From positions 186,001 to 250,000 of the forward strand of contig JAYWIR010000079.1 of the NCBI GenBank assembly GCA_036172245.1: 64,000 bases of DNA, written 5' to 3'. The position numbers were made by a program, and so were the translations under genes. This DNA comes from Raillietiella orientalis. Taxonomy: Eukaryota. Numbering within the stretch: position 1 is the first letter of the stretch; each line of letters starts with the position of its first letter. This document shows, one piece after another, positions 13,026-23,749 of this stretch. The notes below the pieces were generated by a model. The model was given only the letters and a program-made list of their open reading frames with translations. It was not told the origin of the DNA and searched no databases.

Positions 13026-14699
13026 GCATTTTGTACTACTGACACTTTTAAAGAATGTCTGTTTTGACAGGGATTCGATCATGTGATATCAAGTATATAA
13101 GCAGTAAATAAATACTATGTATTCTTGAGATCAGCGTTATATAAACTACACAGCAACCAGCAGCAGACAGATGGTTCCTTTTTTACATTTACAGAGCTCA
13201 GACCAGCTGGCAAATGTGTTGTGTTATTCCAAGGCGGTAATGCATGTATTCCAAAAGAACATGCTAGTCGCCAGTTTCACATATTCACGCTCCTTGTGAA
13301 CCACTTTTGAACGTTTCACCTCTTTAGGTCGTGGTCTTCGCAACGATAAAATCGCAAACTTATCGAAAGGGTGCGATTAAAACCTTTGTGCAGGTACGGT
13401 TCTTGCAGTTCTTGCAGAACATGATAGGGTCACCATTGACGCGTACGGAAAGTAGCTTGTGTGAACTCTAATTTCGAGTTCTTCATTATGAACGAAACCA
13501 TGGGCGTCTGGATATAAATGATGCTTGAGACATAATCTCGCTTGAGACATTGCTCATGGTAACACTAGTGACATTTGTTCAGCGCAGAGGTGCTTAAGTA
13601 TCTCGGATTAAATCTTGTTTTGCAGTGCACTTCTCTTTAGACTTACCAAATATTAAGAACGTAGTGTACCTTCGATTTCCCCGTTTACTTTAAAGCATTT
13701 TTGCAAAGCTGTGCTATGCAAACACTGTGCTACACAGAACCGACTTCTCTGTTGAAGTTTGCATTTGAAAACCAAAAAATCAAAACCAAACCAACCATCC
13801 ATCTGAGGGGTAAAAAGTACGACCAGAACGGCCAGACCTTGACTGGAAGTGAGGTTACCTACAATAGCAGGTCTTGAGGAATGCACATGATCCTTCTCCG
13901 TGGTAGCAACTGTTCACCTTCCACAACTAATAAGTTTACTCCTTTCGTTCCAAGGTTGGAATTTGGAATCTGATTTTAAACAGTAAATCAGAGAAGCCTG
14001 CATTTAGGAAGAGCTCCACTTGAGCTCATGCTTTTCCTGAACACCTCCCGAATCACTTCCCGGAAATTATCACGAATCAAATACGGCAAATGCGTTTTGC
14101 AAGAAATCAGCCTGGTTTTCCATTCCTTAATTTTGCATCAACTGCATATTTTGTTTTCGTTTTAAATGTCAAAGTAAATCTATGTTACTCTCCTTTAGAG
14201 AGGCGAATCTTGTGTAGGAAACATGTAGGTTTTATCCATAAAAATACGTATCTAAAGTATGCATCGAGTCTGCCTCGAGTCTTGCGATCTACTAAGCAAC
14301 GTGCTTACAGCTTCCTGCACATTAAAGAAGGATGTCGGAAGCGTGTCATTCCGATCAGCGGATGTTTGGTTCTGTCCAAAAGGTCCACTCAGGCATTTGC
14401 CCTGCGGCAAATGATCCTTACTGAAAGGCCACCTCTTAGTAACCGTTTTTGGGTTACAGTCGTTCATAACGTTTACTTATACTTCTGGTTTACAGGATAC
14501 ATGAGAAACATCATCAAGTGTTTTTTTAGTCCAACAATTGTGTTGTAGCTATATTACCCATAATAACCCTATCCTCGATAGCCTAGCTGGCAAAGGCACA
14601 TGGAGCTAGTTAGAAGACCAAAGTTTGAATCGAACAAAAGAGAGGGATTTGCACTAACTGTGCGTGCCGAGGGAGAGTCTTACAGTAGAGAAAATGACC

Positions 14700-15750
14700 A
14701 AGTGGAAGCCGAGATCTTGCGATGGGCGTGGGGCGTTCATACGCCGTTAGGCATTTGGTTGCATATGACTTGGTCGTTCAATAGGGGCGAAGGTGCTTAA
14801 CCAAGCCGCTCTATTTGAAACGGGCGGCGAACGTGTTGTCGTAGACACAGTGCGTTTTATGGACACCTTAGCGAGCCCCTCGTTTGCTTGAGCGGGTGTG
14901 ACAATATTACCACATGGCGCTGAAGTGTAACTGAGCAACACTTAGCATGTATTTAGCCATTGCTTGGGGATTGGTGAGCGATGTTTCACTGGGAATCAAC
15001 GCCCTACGTAAGATCGCGCTAGACTGCAAGAAGCGTCCATTGCTGTTCAAACGGGTTGTAGCGTGTGTGACTCCTAAGACATACACCCCATCGCTGAGCT
15101 CACGTGTTGGTGTTTCGAGGTACTCACCTAGCTTCGATTTCTGTCACGAAGGCAACGTAAGAGTCGTCGAAGTGGAGTGGTCACAGTTGACAGAAGGAGA
15201 AAGTGTCCGCGCGAACAGCTACCCGGTGCTGTGAAAGAAACGGTGAAATAATGCAAGGGGACATTTTTCAAGAGTCGCTCCCCTCCCTCCCCACCTCGGT
15301 GCAAAAAGCACTGACTACTAACAGTGTGGAGGGCTGCCAGGAGAACTTGCCCTTAAGTGGGAGAATGCAGTTATCAGTTTCCACGAGGTCTACAAAGGTG
15401 TGCCTGCCATCCACCTTTAAGAAGGTAACTGCGTCAACGTAGACACCAACACCGCCTGCATCGCACGCTGTCCACGGCGGCGGAACAGCGTGCAAGACCC
15501 GGCATATTTGAAATACAGCGGGTGAAAAAGCCTGTGTGGGATGTGGACCCCGAGGTCAAGATGGTGACCTTCAAGACGGGGATCCTGTGTTCCGCAAACA
15601 TACAAGACTTACGTAGCGCTCCATAACAAAGACATGAATTTTAAGGTCAAAGCGATCCCATCCGCGATCCGAGTTACGGTGCACATCGCAAACAAGGAGA
15701 CACAGGAGGTCCTCGTCAAGTAGGACATGCTTCTCAATGGAAAACTGCTA
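14700..15750 (-). mobile_element. Degenerate Ty3/Gypsy-like pol (RT-RNase H) remnant
   Basis: Minus strand 'SPAVFQ...GVYVDAV' (RT .PA.FQ / YxDD-like) and, about 135 codons downstream, 'TAMDAS' (RNase H DAS motif). Spacing is typical of Gypsy pol. Confidence 0.5.
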
Positions 15751-15949
15751 TGCGCGTTGGGGAGATCGGTTATTCAAAAATTCAGGAAGGCCACCACATT
15801 CGCGCGTGCATGAGGCCGTCGTACTGCAAGCTCTCGGAGCACACCAACCTCCAGTGCAGATGGTACTGGCAATGGCTCTTCATTCAGGGACTACTCTCGC
15901 TCCTTAGGATGATCGAAAAGGAACAGGAAAAGGAGAGAGAAAACCGCTA

Positions 15950-17000
15950 GGAAAGTCACCCATACGGGATTCACCGAAGTAAATCCCGTGTCGTGGCTGA
16001 CGAGGTTAAAAAAAAAAGTTTTATGTGAAATGAAAAAAACAAAAACAAGAAGCAGGTTGCAGAAGAATTTGCTCCTCCTTCGAAAGTGCCGGTGGAAAGC
16101 GGACGAAGAGCAAGGCGGCGCAATAGAAGCTTCAAATCTGCGGGGTTCTCGTAACTGGTTCATACTACATCCTCGTACTGCATACTCATACCAAAGCAGC
16201 TTCCCTATTGCCAAGATCACACCGAGACGATTCTGCGAGACACCACCAATCGCAAAGTCGATGCTTGAGACAGACTAAAAGCAGATCATATCTTCTGCGG
16301 CATGCAGTACAGAGGCAGAAAGCTGAGACCGGAAGCGTAACGATAGCTAAGCATCCAAGACAACTCATCTCAAAGTACTGGTACCAGTATGAAAATCGTG
16401 GAAGCTTTTCAAAAGCATTCCATCCCCACTTCTGGAGACAAGATCTGTGACTGGCGGAATAGAAGGCAAGAGCAGGGAGGAGCAGAAGCATTTGCTTATG
16501 ATTTCTCTTGCTGTACCGTAAAAAAGTATTGAAATAAATTGTATTGGAATGAGTTGCATTGAAAAAAATTCACTCCATGATTGTCGGACTGGGAAAGGTG
16601 GCGGGTGACTTCCCTAGTACCTTTCACGCCCGCATTGGTCAGATGGGCCCCCAAATAACCATTCTTTTATTGACTGACAATATGAGTTTTTTTTTCCCTT
16701 TTTTTATATTGTCAATAGAAGAAGGGTTATTTTTTTTCCTTTGAAAATTGTCAGTGGAATAGGGCACAAATAGTATGCTGGCAAAAGGAAGAGCCGATAC
16801 TGCTTTATACAGCAGATACTGTGTTCGTTACATTCCTTACATTACGTTCCTTACATTTTCAAGTAACGCATGTTGTAACAAAACAAAAAGGCAGGTTAAC
16901 TGATCTGTCTTTGGAAATGGCAATTAGGATCATCAAAAAGAATATTTGTGTATAAAGATCTCTCGAGAGGACCATTTGTGTTGCTAAATGCATGCAAACA
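15950..17000 (+). mobile_element. Degenerate LINE (CR1/L2-like) RT remnant
   Basis: 'GSFSKAFHPH' (DFSKAFD.V.H-like), 'GQMGPQITILLLTDN' (QG..LGP.LF..Y.ND-like) and 'LLYTADT' (LYADD-like) occur in the expected order. Confidence 0.4.
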
Positions 17001-17351
17001 GTTTAACTTTCGCCCGTTTCTATTAAATTACTTTTTCTACGTAAACACTCCTAGCCCTTTCTCAAACGGTTTCGAATCACGTCTTAAACTGTTCAGTGTT
17101 GACACCGAAGAAGTAAAAACTTGCAAAAGAGGTCCAGTTCATTTCTGGACAGACAACTTTAATGGGCGGAAACCAAAATCAAGGAAAACGTACACTGTAT
17201 GCGATGGCCATTCGGATCCATTCGTGAGAACAAACGGATATCAAAAAAATTAGTCTTCCAGTGCATACATTTCTTCAAAGAGAACGTTTTTCAACTACTG
17301 CACATAACTCCTATCCTCTAGGAGTTCATCAGCGAAAGGAGGCGAACCCGT

Positions 17352-20300
17352 TCACTTGCTGACATCTATAAACATCGTCCCCATACCGAACAGTGTTCTG
17401 ATGCTGACTTCATCGCCGGCGTCGACCTCAAAAGTGCTTTCGACCATAGCTGCTGCCTGGTCCCAGTGGGCTTCACTATATGCAGTGCTGATCTGCCCCC
17501 ACTCACTCTCCAGCACAAACCAATACACGAAAGCGTGAACAGTTCCTGGAGTGCACGCTGTTACTAGGTGAGACTTTTCAAACGAAAAGTCTTTTCCAAA
17601 AGACAGCGTGCAAATTTTTGTGGGCAGGGATAGCGGCTTGTGTTCCAAGGTCTGTATCCTCACATGCAGATGCTCATTCACCTGAAAGCAAGGTGGTTAT
17701 TACATACGTTACAAAGGTCAAAAAGGCGACTCTCGCTCCTCCGACTGGTCTGGGTTCATTATGACACACTAGCGGCGCTTACCCACACTCACAGATTAAC
17801 AGAAGATTTGTGAGCAGCAAATAGGGGGAGCAATCGAGCAAGGCTTGGAGTTTGAAAAATAAGAGACGACATCCTCGTAGGGAATGGTACACACGAACTT
17901 CCACGTTAAAACTCTCGCTCGCTTCATGCCAAGATTCGACTTGAAGACAGTCTTTTCGATTTCCATGCACTTCCGCTGTTGGTTACTGCTAGCGAATGGT
18001 GCTCTGCAGATAGTGCTGAAAACCTGAGGAAAGCTGCTGAGACGCGAAGCTGGTTTCTTCCGTACTCTGCCCCTCCCAATAATGCTAAAAGAGATCCTGA
18101 TTTCCCTGTTCACTGCGATTCATTCAATTTTGATTTGTGCTTCCTCTTCCTTTTCCTGCAATCTCAAATGATCGCCCTGAGTGTTTCTGGGGACGCGGCA
18201 GACTTTCAACTTTCGCAGAAACCGAGATACGGAATCATGTTCTTCCAACAGATCTTCTTTGACTCTAATGCCTGAATTCCAGTTTTCCGAGGCAACTAGC
18301 ACGATAGGAGATCAGGGAACACCGCAAGAGTGCTTCGATTTCTTGATGAGAATGGAAAATGTTCAAAAGGAAAATGTTCCAACCTTACTTCCATTGCACC
18401 AAAATTGTTGTGAAAACAATATTTGCTTTGCAAACAAATAACCTCGATTCCCAAACATACCTATAACCAAAAAATGCCAACAGAGTAATGATCGCGACAA
18501 TCACACTGATGAACCCACTTGATGAGATGCAACTCTTCTTCTCAACTTCTAATCTTTAAAAAGCAACTTTCACACTTCAACTCCTATTTCGAAAAGCACA
18601 AAGCATTCCTTCTTTCATACCTTCGATGCTGACTGCCTCCCTGATCTTCCTATTTAGCACGAGCATTACACCCTCTCTGTGTTTCAACTATAATACTTCA
18701 TCTTCCTGGATGAGTATTTGAACCCAAATCCGAAGCATTGTTTCCATTTTCCATCCAAGTCTTGATTGCTTATTTTCGATGTTCACTTGGCCATCATCCC
18801 GCCTCGAGAGCACACGAAATCCCTTATAGTGCAACGCTACTAACGGCCTTTCCTAGGGTGCTCGCTTCAACCAGAGACTGCGCAGGAAAGACGATTCCTC
18901 ATCCGAATTTACACGGCCAGAGGGAGTAAGATGCACTCCATCCCCCCCCTTTTTTTTTTGTTCCTACATATCTCCCCAACGCGCTGATACCAAGGAGTTT
19001 GAGAGCACGGAATACCGATTTGCACCAGTGCAAGACCAATCAAGCATCTCTCCCTGAAGAAAAGGGAAACTTTAGCGCCTTCTCATTAATCGAAATCGGT
19101 TCGAGGGCAGCAGCAAGGAAATGCAGAACCACGAGAGTCGACTCCTGTATCTTCCAACCCGGCTGTTTCCTTATGGCGCGCCTCTTCAAATTCTTCGAAT
19201 TCTCCGCCGCTTTCATTCCTCATTGCCTTTGGAAACAGACCGTCCTTGCGTCTCAGCAGCGATTCAAAGACCCACAAGTCACACTTGGCAGAAGAAAGAG
19301 CAATAGTTCATGCACGACCTCGGTGGTAAGCCAATGTCTCCTGAACACTGGAGTGCTGCTGCATGAACATCTCGCTGTCTGGACACTCATGATCATGACT
19401 CGAAATTTCCTCGAAAGTTCTTGTGGTGCATAGTTTTTAGCGTTAAGGATGTTTGTTTGCATCTATTCAGCGTCAGGTTCCGCCTGTTGCCTGGAACCCA
19501 AAAAGGATCGTCGCCACGCAATGTCCCTCTTGCATTCCAAGAGAAAACAGAGGTGCGGAGGCGAGAAACCGACGGTTTCCAGAGAGCACAAACCGCAAAA
19601 AGAGCAATGCCGGAGCAGCCATCTACACTCTTCACGCGTGCCCGAAGTCGACTGGGATATGCACAGAGCCTGAACTCGTGGAACCCGATCCTTGCGGTCA
19701 TCCGAGAGACCAGCCGGTCCGTTTTCCCCACTTTGCGCTCGAGGCTCCAACAGGGAAAAAGGAAAGCTCCAAAAGAAATATCCATCCGAAGGCAGATCTT
19801 GTAGTTCATGCTGCCTGTCTCTGTTGATCAGTTTGTGGACACACCCGCGGCGTGTCTCGAAGGAATCGTCATCCTGATAGGTCCTCGAGCAACCTACGTC
19901 GCAGTCCACGCACGCCGCACTCGAAAGAAATCCATTTCCTATTCCTCTCCGGAAGCGAAACCACCCCGTTTGCCAAGGTTGGAACAAAGTTCTGGTGACA
20001 GAAATGCTGCAGCTGCGCAAGAAACTAGAACCCCCCTTCCCCCGCCTTTTCGGTTCAGCCGAAGGAGGAATAGCAAAAAGTTCGGCAACAGAAGTAGGAA
20101 CCCGCGCAGTTCGAGAAGTTTCGGCGGACGACATCCTACTCAACTACTCACGAAGAGACGGGTGAATCAAAGGGTTGCAAGGAAAGGCAATCGGCACTAG
20201 CGCTGCCTACTACGAAGTAACGAAAAAACCGGAAAAGAGGGAGGAGGAACAAATGAGAAAGGATACTGGTAGTGGGCAATAGCGACAGATGCATCCCAGA

Positions 20301-23300
20301 ATGGAGATGGTGCGATCATGACAACGGCTTTCGCGTTTTTTGAGCCGCATTACGCTGTCAAGGCCCTACTCAAACTGAACGAATTCCCTTCTCAGCTTCG
20401 GCAGGCATGCACGCCGCCCTTAAGTTCCGAGGTCACAGCGATGGAGCGAGCATGACTGTGTCCGCCCGTTTGCGGTCTCCTCGGACGCCTCCGAAGGGCT
20501 TGCCACGCACAACTTCTTACTTTATATTCGTTTAGGTACGGTGCTATAGAGAAGCCCAGGGTTCTGCTGTGGTCGCCCATGAGACGGTTCCACTCCATCA
20601 GACGCTCGCACTGGACCAGAATCCCTTCCAGGTGCACAAGACTCGGTATGACCAGCCTCGGGTTCCAGAGCATGACAGCGCTAGGGGTGCCGGGAGGTGA
20701 TACAGGCGGTGGGGCAGGGAAGAGTGTACTCCCATTACCTAGCAACAGCAGACCATCTCTCCATCGACAGAACCCCCGACGGGTCGACGGGGTCTGCCAC
20801 CACAACATCGCAACGATCTGTGGGGGCGTCGCGGAGGATCGGTCGCTGCGGTTGATCCTCCCTCCCGAGCAGGCGGAAGCACGCATCCAGCGTGTCTTCA
20901 GAACACTCTGCGTGCAAAGAAGCGGGGACACCCGACAGCACGGCGAACAGAGAAAGTGAGGGAACCGGGCCGATGTCCAAGAGGGTGTCGCCTGCCTTCA
21001 GGAAGGAGATGGCATTTCGAAGCCAAAAGTTCCACAGATCATCATTCAGGGAGTGCAGGTAGGAGGGATCAAGACCGCCCTCATCACCACCACTCCCCTC
21101 ATCCAACAGTCTGATGCAGTCGTCCACGACCTCAAAGGCCAGGTCCGTCGATGAGCCTGACAGGACGGGTTCGCTCCGGGCAGGGAAAATCGCTTGCTGC
21201 CAGGTTGTCCCGTGAGCCGTGTCGACTGACATGCTCTCGCACAGATCCAGTCGGAACCATGCCACGGTGGCGTCCCAGGAGCCTCCAGAGGAGAACGTCA
21301 GACGGGCAGAGGCATGGAAGCCACTCTTCAGCCGCGACATCTGTGCGTGGTCGCCGAAGTCTACCCGGAGGAGAGAGGCCGGTGGACCGAGGAAAGTGAA
21401 TCCACCAGGCAGGGTGTCGAGGTGCTCGCAGTCGTAGGGTTCGCGGAAGCGCGCCCTGACGGTGCCCGGGAGCAGCTTGGACGTTGACCGGTAGCGCCGC
21501 CGCAACGCTGAGCACTCGACTGGCGCAACGGACAGAACGGCTCCTTGAGGGATGACCCGCCCCCCAGGCTTCAGGAGGTTGGATAGGGCGTGGTACATGG
21601 TGCTTACTACCCCTTCTCCGAAGAGCGCTGCGTCGAAGACCTCGGTCACGATGAGGTCAACCCTGCCAGGCGAGTGAAGGAGCACGTGGATCATAGCAGC
21701 CCCTGGTCCTCCCCTCCCCCCCTTCGGAACCATTTTTAGCTCACCTGGAAGGTATATCCTTCCCGATGACCAGCTCCGACGAGTCCTTGCCGAGGAAGGT
21801 GATCTTCTGCTCCAGACCATTGGCGCGGAAGATGCGCCCGCAAAGACCTGCAAGCACCGGGCAGCGCTCGCAGCAGTAGACGGCCTTGGCGCCAGCCTTG
21901 GCGGCGACCATGCTGGGAAGGAGAAAAAGACGCTGGTAAGAAAAGAGGAAGAGGGGAGAGCAAGAGCTTGGTTGAGAGCCGGAAGAGGATCGCATGGACG
22001 CATGCGCAGAAGCGCATGTGTGCAGATGAGTGCTCACGCGCCCACCCAAACGGGCGAATATGCGTGCCAGAGCTACGGGGTCTGAATCGAGGAGAGAGCC
22101 CTGCAGTCTGAGCGCTCACTGTTGCTCACCTGAGGATCCCCGATCCAGCGCCGATATCGAGGACGGTGGTCTCGCCAGCCTGGACGTGCCGGAAGAGGGC
22201 ACTTTGGAAGGCGCTGTTCCTGCCAGCGTCGTTGAGCATGGGGAAGTGCCATCTGGCAACAGAGCAGAGCTTGACGCCGGCCAGGTTGGAGCGGGCCGAG
22301 ACGCAGGAGGGGTCTGCTTGGATGGCGAGCAGGAAGCTGTCCCTGGCATCCTCCAGGTCGCTGCGCCTGCGGGACAAGGGACAGGGGGAGGGAAGGGCGT
22401 TCAGAGGGCCACCACACCGAGGGCGACGCTCTCGGAACGCACACGCAGACGCAGCCCGCGGCGCGTGAGCGGCACCCGCAGGGCGTGTAGGCCGTCTTCC
22501 CATGCGCGGAGTGATGCCTGCGCGGCGTCCATGCATTCGCCCGCGGGCACAGTGAAGGCGGAAACCTCGTTCCAGGCAGCCTCCTCCTCCTGGCTACCGG
22601 AAGCTGCGTGGGCCATGGCGACTGAGTGGCGCACAGCTTGTGTGTGATCCAGGCAGTGGGTGCCATCCGCATCCGGGCGATACACGACTGGATAACCGAG
22701 CAGCAAACCAAAAACGGTGGTGGCGCGGCAGGCCGGGGAGCAGGCCGCGGCCACGTCATCGTCGTCACCTCCTCCGCCACGAAAGCACTTTGCCGCCAGC
22801 CACCTTTCCAGCCGGCGCACCGCGTCCAGCAGGCCATCGTCGTCGCCCGGGTTAACAACTTGGGGGCGCCCACCAGAAGGCACGTCCACGAAGGTCACCC
22901 TCCGCGGTGCTTCGCGTAACCACCTCAGCGCGCAGGCCACGTCCACCACGACGAGGTCTCCGGCGCAGCGGAGCACTTCAACGGAGGCTCCCTCCTTCCG
23001 CGCCCACCCTCGGAGCTGCTCCGGCAGGGCTGGGAAGAGGTCCCACACGAAGCCTGGCTTCACGCCCGCCCGAAGCGACTCCAGAGACCAAGAGGCCTGC
23101 CGGAGATGTCTCCTCCGACTTCTGCCGAAGATCCCCTCCCAGTGGCCCAAATCTCCCAGGAGGTTGCCGTCCGCCGTTGCCATGTTTACCTCCACGACCA
23201 CAGTCCGAGCGCGTTCCAAAGACAGGCGCTCGCAGGGAAGACGGTCAAGGCCGCGCGCAGGGCTCCTGAGGGATCTCCGCCGTCGGCATCTCCTTCCGTC

Positions 23301-23533
23301 CACTTGGCTGCAGGAGCACAGAGACGAGGAGAAGATGGGCGCGAAAGTAGGATGGAGCAAGGGGCAGGGTAAAACTCACCGAAAGCGTTTTCGAAGCGCG
23401 GCTGAAGAACAGGAACCAGAGACGGTTCGTGAATACAGGCAGCCAGCATCCACGCGCAGGCGCGTCCGTACTCACCGCCGCCGAGTAGCGCCTCCGTCCG
23501 CGTGAGGATTTCTTCGTCGGACTCGGAGGTCAT
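17352..23533 (-). CDS. PRMT9: Protein arginine N-methyltransferase 9-like (TPR + duplicated methyltransferase modules), 7 coding exons
   Basis: Exons 23533-23380, 23307-23190, 22366-22130, 21912-21745, 21662-20739, 20680-20521, 17681-17352, all GT-AG and in phase. Motifs RWHFPMLND..RN, VLDIGAGSGILS, VDLIVTEVFDAALFGEG, EPYDCEHL, WQQAIF, AFVYWF, HWDQAA. TPR-like N-terminus. Confidence 0.9.
17750..18950 (+). mobile_element. Degenerate Gypsy-like pol remnant in PRMT9 intron 6
   Basis: 'IRDDILVGNGTHE' (YxDDILV.G.T.EEH-like) near 17860 followed by 'DPDFPVHCDSFNFDL' (RNase H F.V.CDAS-like) near 18100. Confidence 0.5.
19400..20150 (-). mobile_element. Second degenerate Gypsy-like RT remnant in PRMT9 intron 6, opposite orientation
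   Basis: ORF 19463-20143 contains 'TGWFRFRRGIGNGFLSS...RTYQDDD' (G.FRF.RLPFG..SS / YQDD RT motifs). Confidence 0.5.
22401..23183 (-). CDS. C1orf74: UPF0739 protein C1orf74 homolog (DUF4504 family), intronless, 260 aa, nested in PRMT9 intron 2 on the same strand
   Basis: Intact ATG-to-TGA ORF. Colinear matches to human C1orf74 as recalled: GVKPG (GLKPA), FVDV, TVFGLLLGYPVVY (TVFGILLGYPVPY), HCL (NCL), SAFTVP (YSFSVP), AWE (TWE), C-terminal SESVALGVVAL* (SEIVTLPAVAL*). Confidence 0.88.
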   Translation of the reverse strand: MATADGNLLGDLGHWEGIFGRSRRRHLRQASWSLESLRAGVKPGFVWDLFPALPEQLRGWARKEGASVEVLRCAGDLVVVDVACALRWLREAPRRVTFVDVPSGGRPQVVNPGDDDGLLDAVRRLERWLAAKCFRGGGGDDDDVAAACSPACRATTVFGLLLGYPVVYRPDADGTHCLDHTQAVRHSVAMAHAASGSQEEEAAWNEVSAFTVPAGECMDAAQASLRAWEDGLHALRVPLTRRGLRLRVRSESVALGVVAL

Positions 23534-23749
23534 CCTGGGGGAGACGCGTGAGATGGTGACGGACAGCTCTGCCAGACCGCTGAGCGTAACGACCACGTGA
23601 CTGGTCCCAGATCATGCGCGCTGCAGAAAGGGGGATGCGTATGCGTCGCGAGCAGACGGGACGGGCGCGCGGCGGGAGGGCGAAAGTTGGCGCCGCCGCG
23701 AAACAGCACAGCAACGACCTTCAGGGCACCCTCGGAGCAGTGCGGACGA

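Noticed and set aside
22367..23189. Idea that the DUF4504 ORF is simply an in-frame exon of a PRMT9 fusion protein
   Set aside because: The PRMT9 frame hits TAA at the donor, and the ORF ends with the family-typical VAL* stop before exon 3, so no full read-through fusion is possible.
22030..23505. Long plus-strand ORFs (205 and 262 aa) and the 266-aa minus ORF 22073-22873
   Set aside because: Antisense or off-frame shadows of GC-rich PRMT9/C1orf74 coding sequence with no family motifs.
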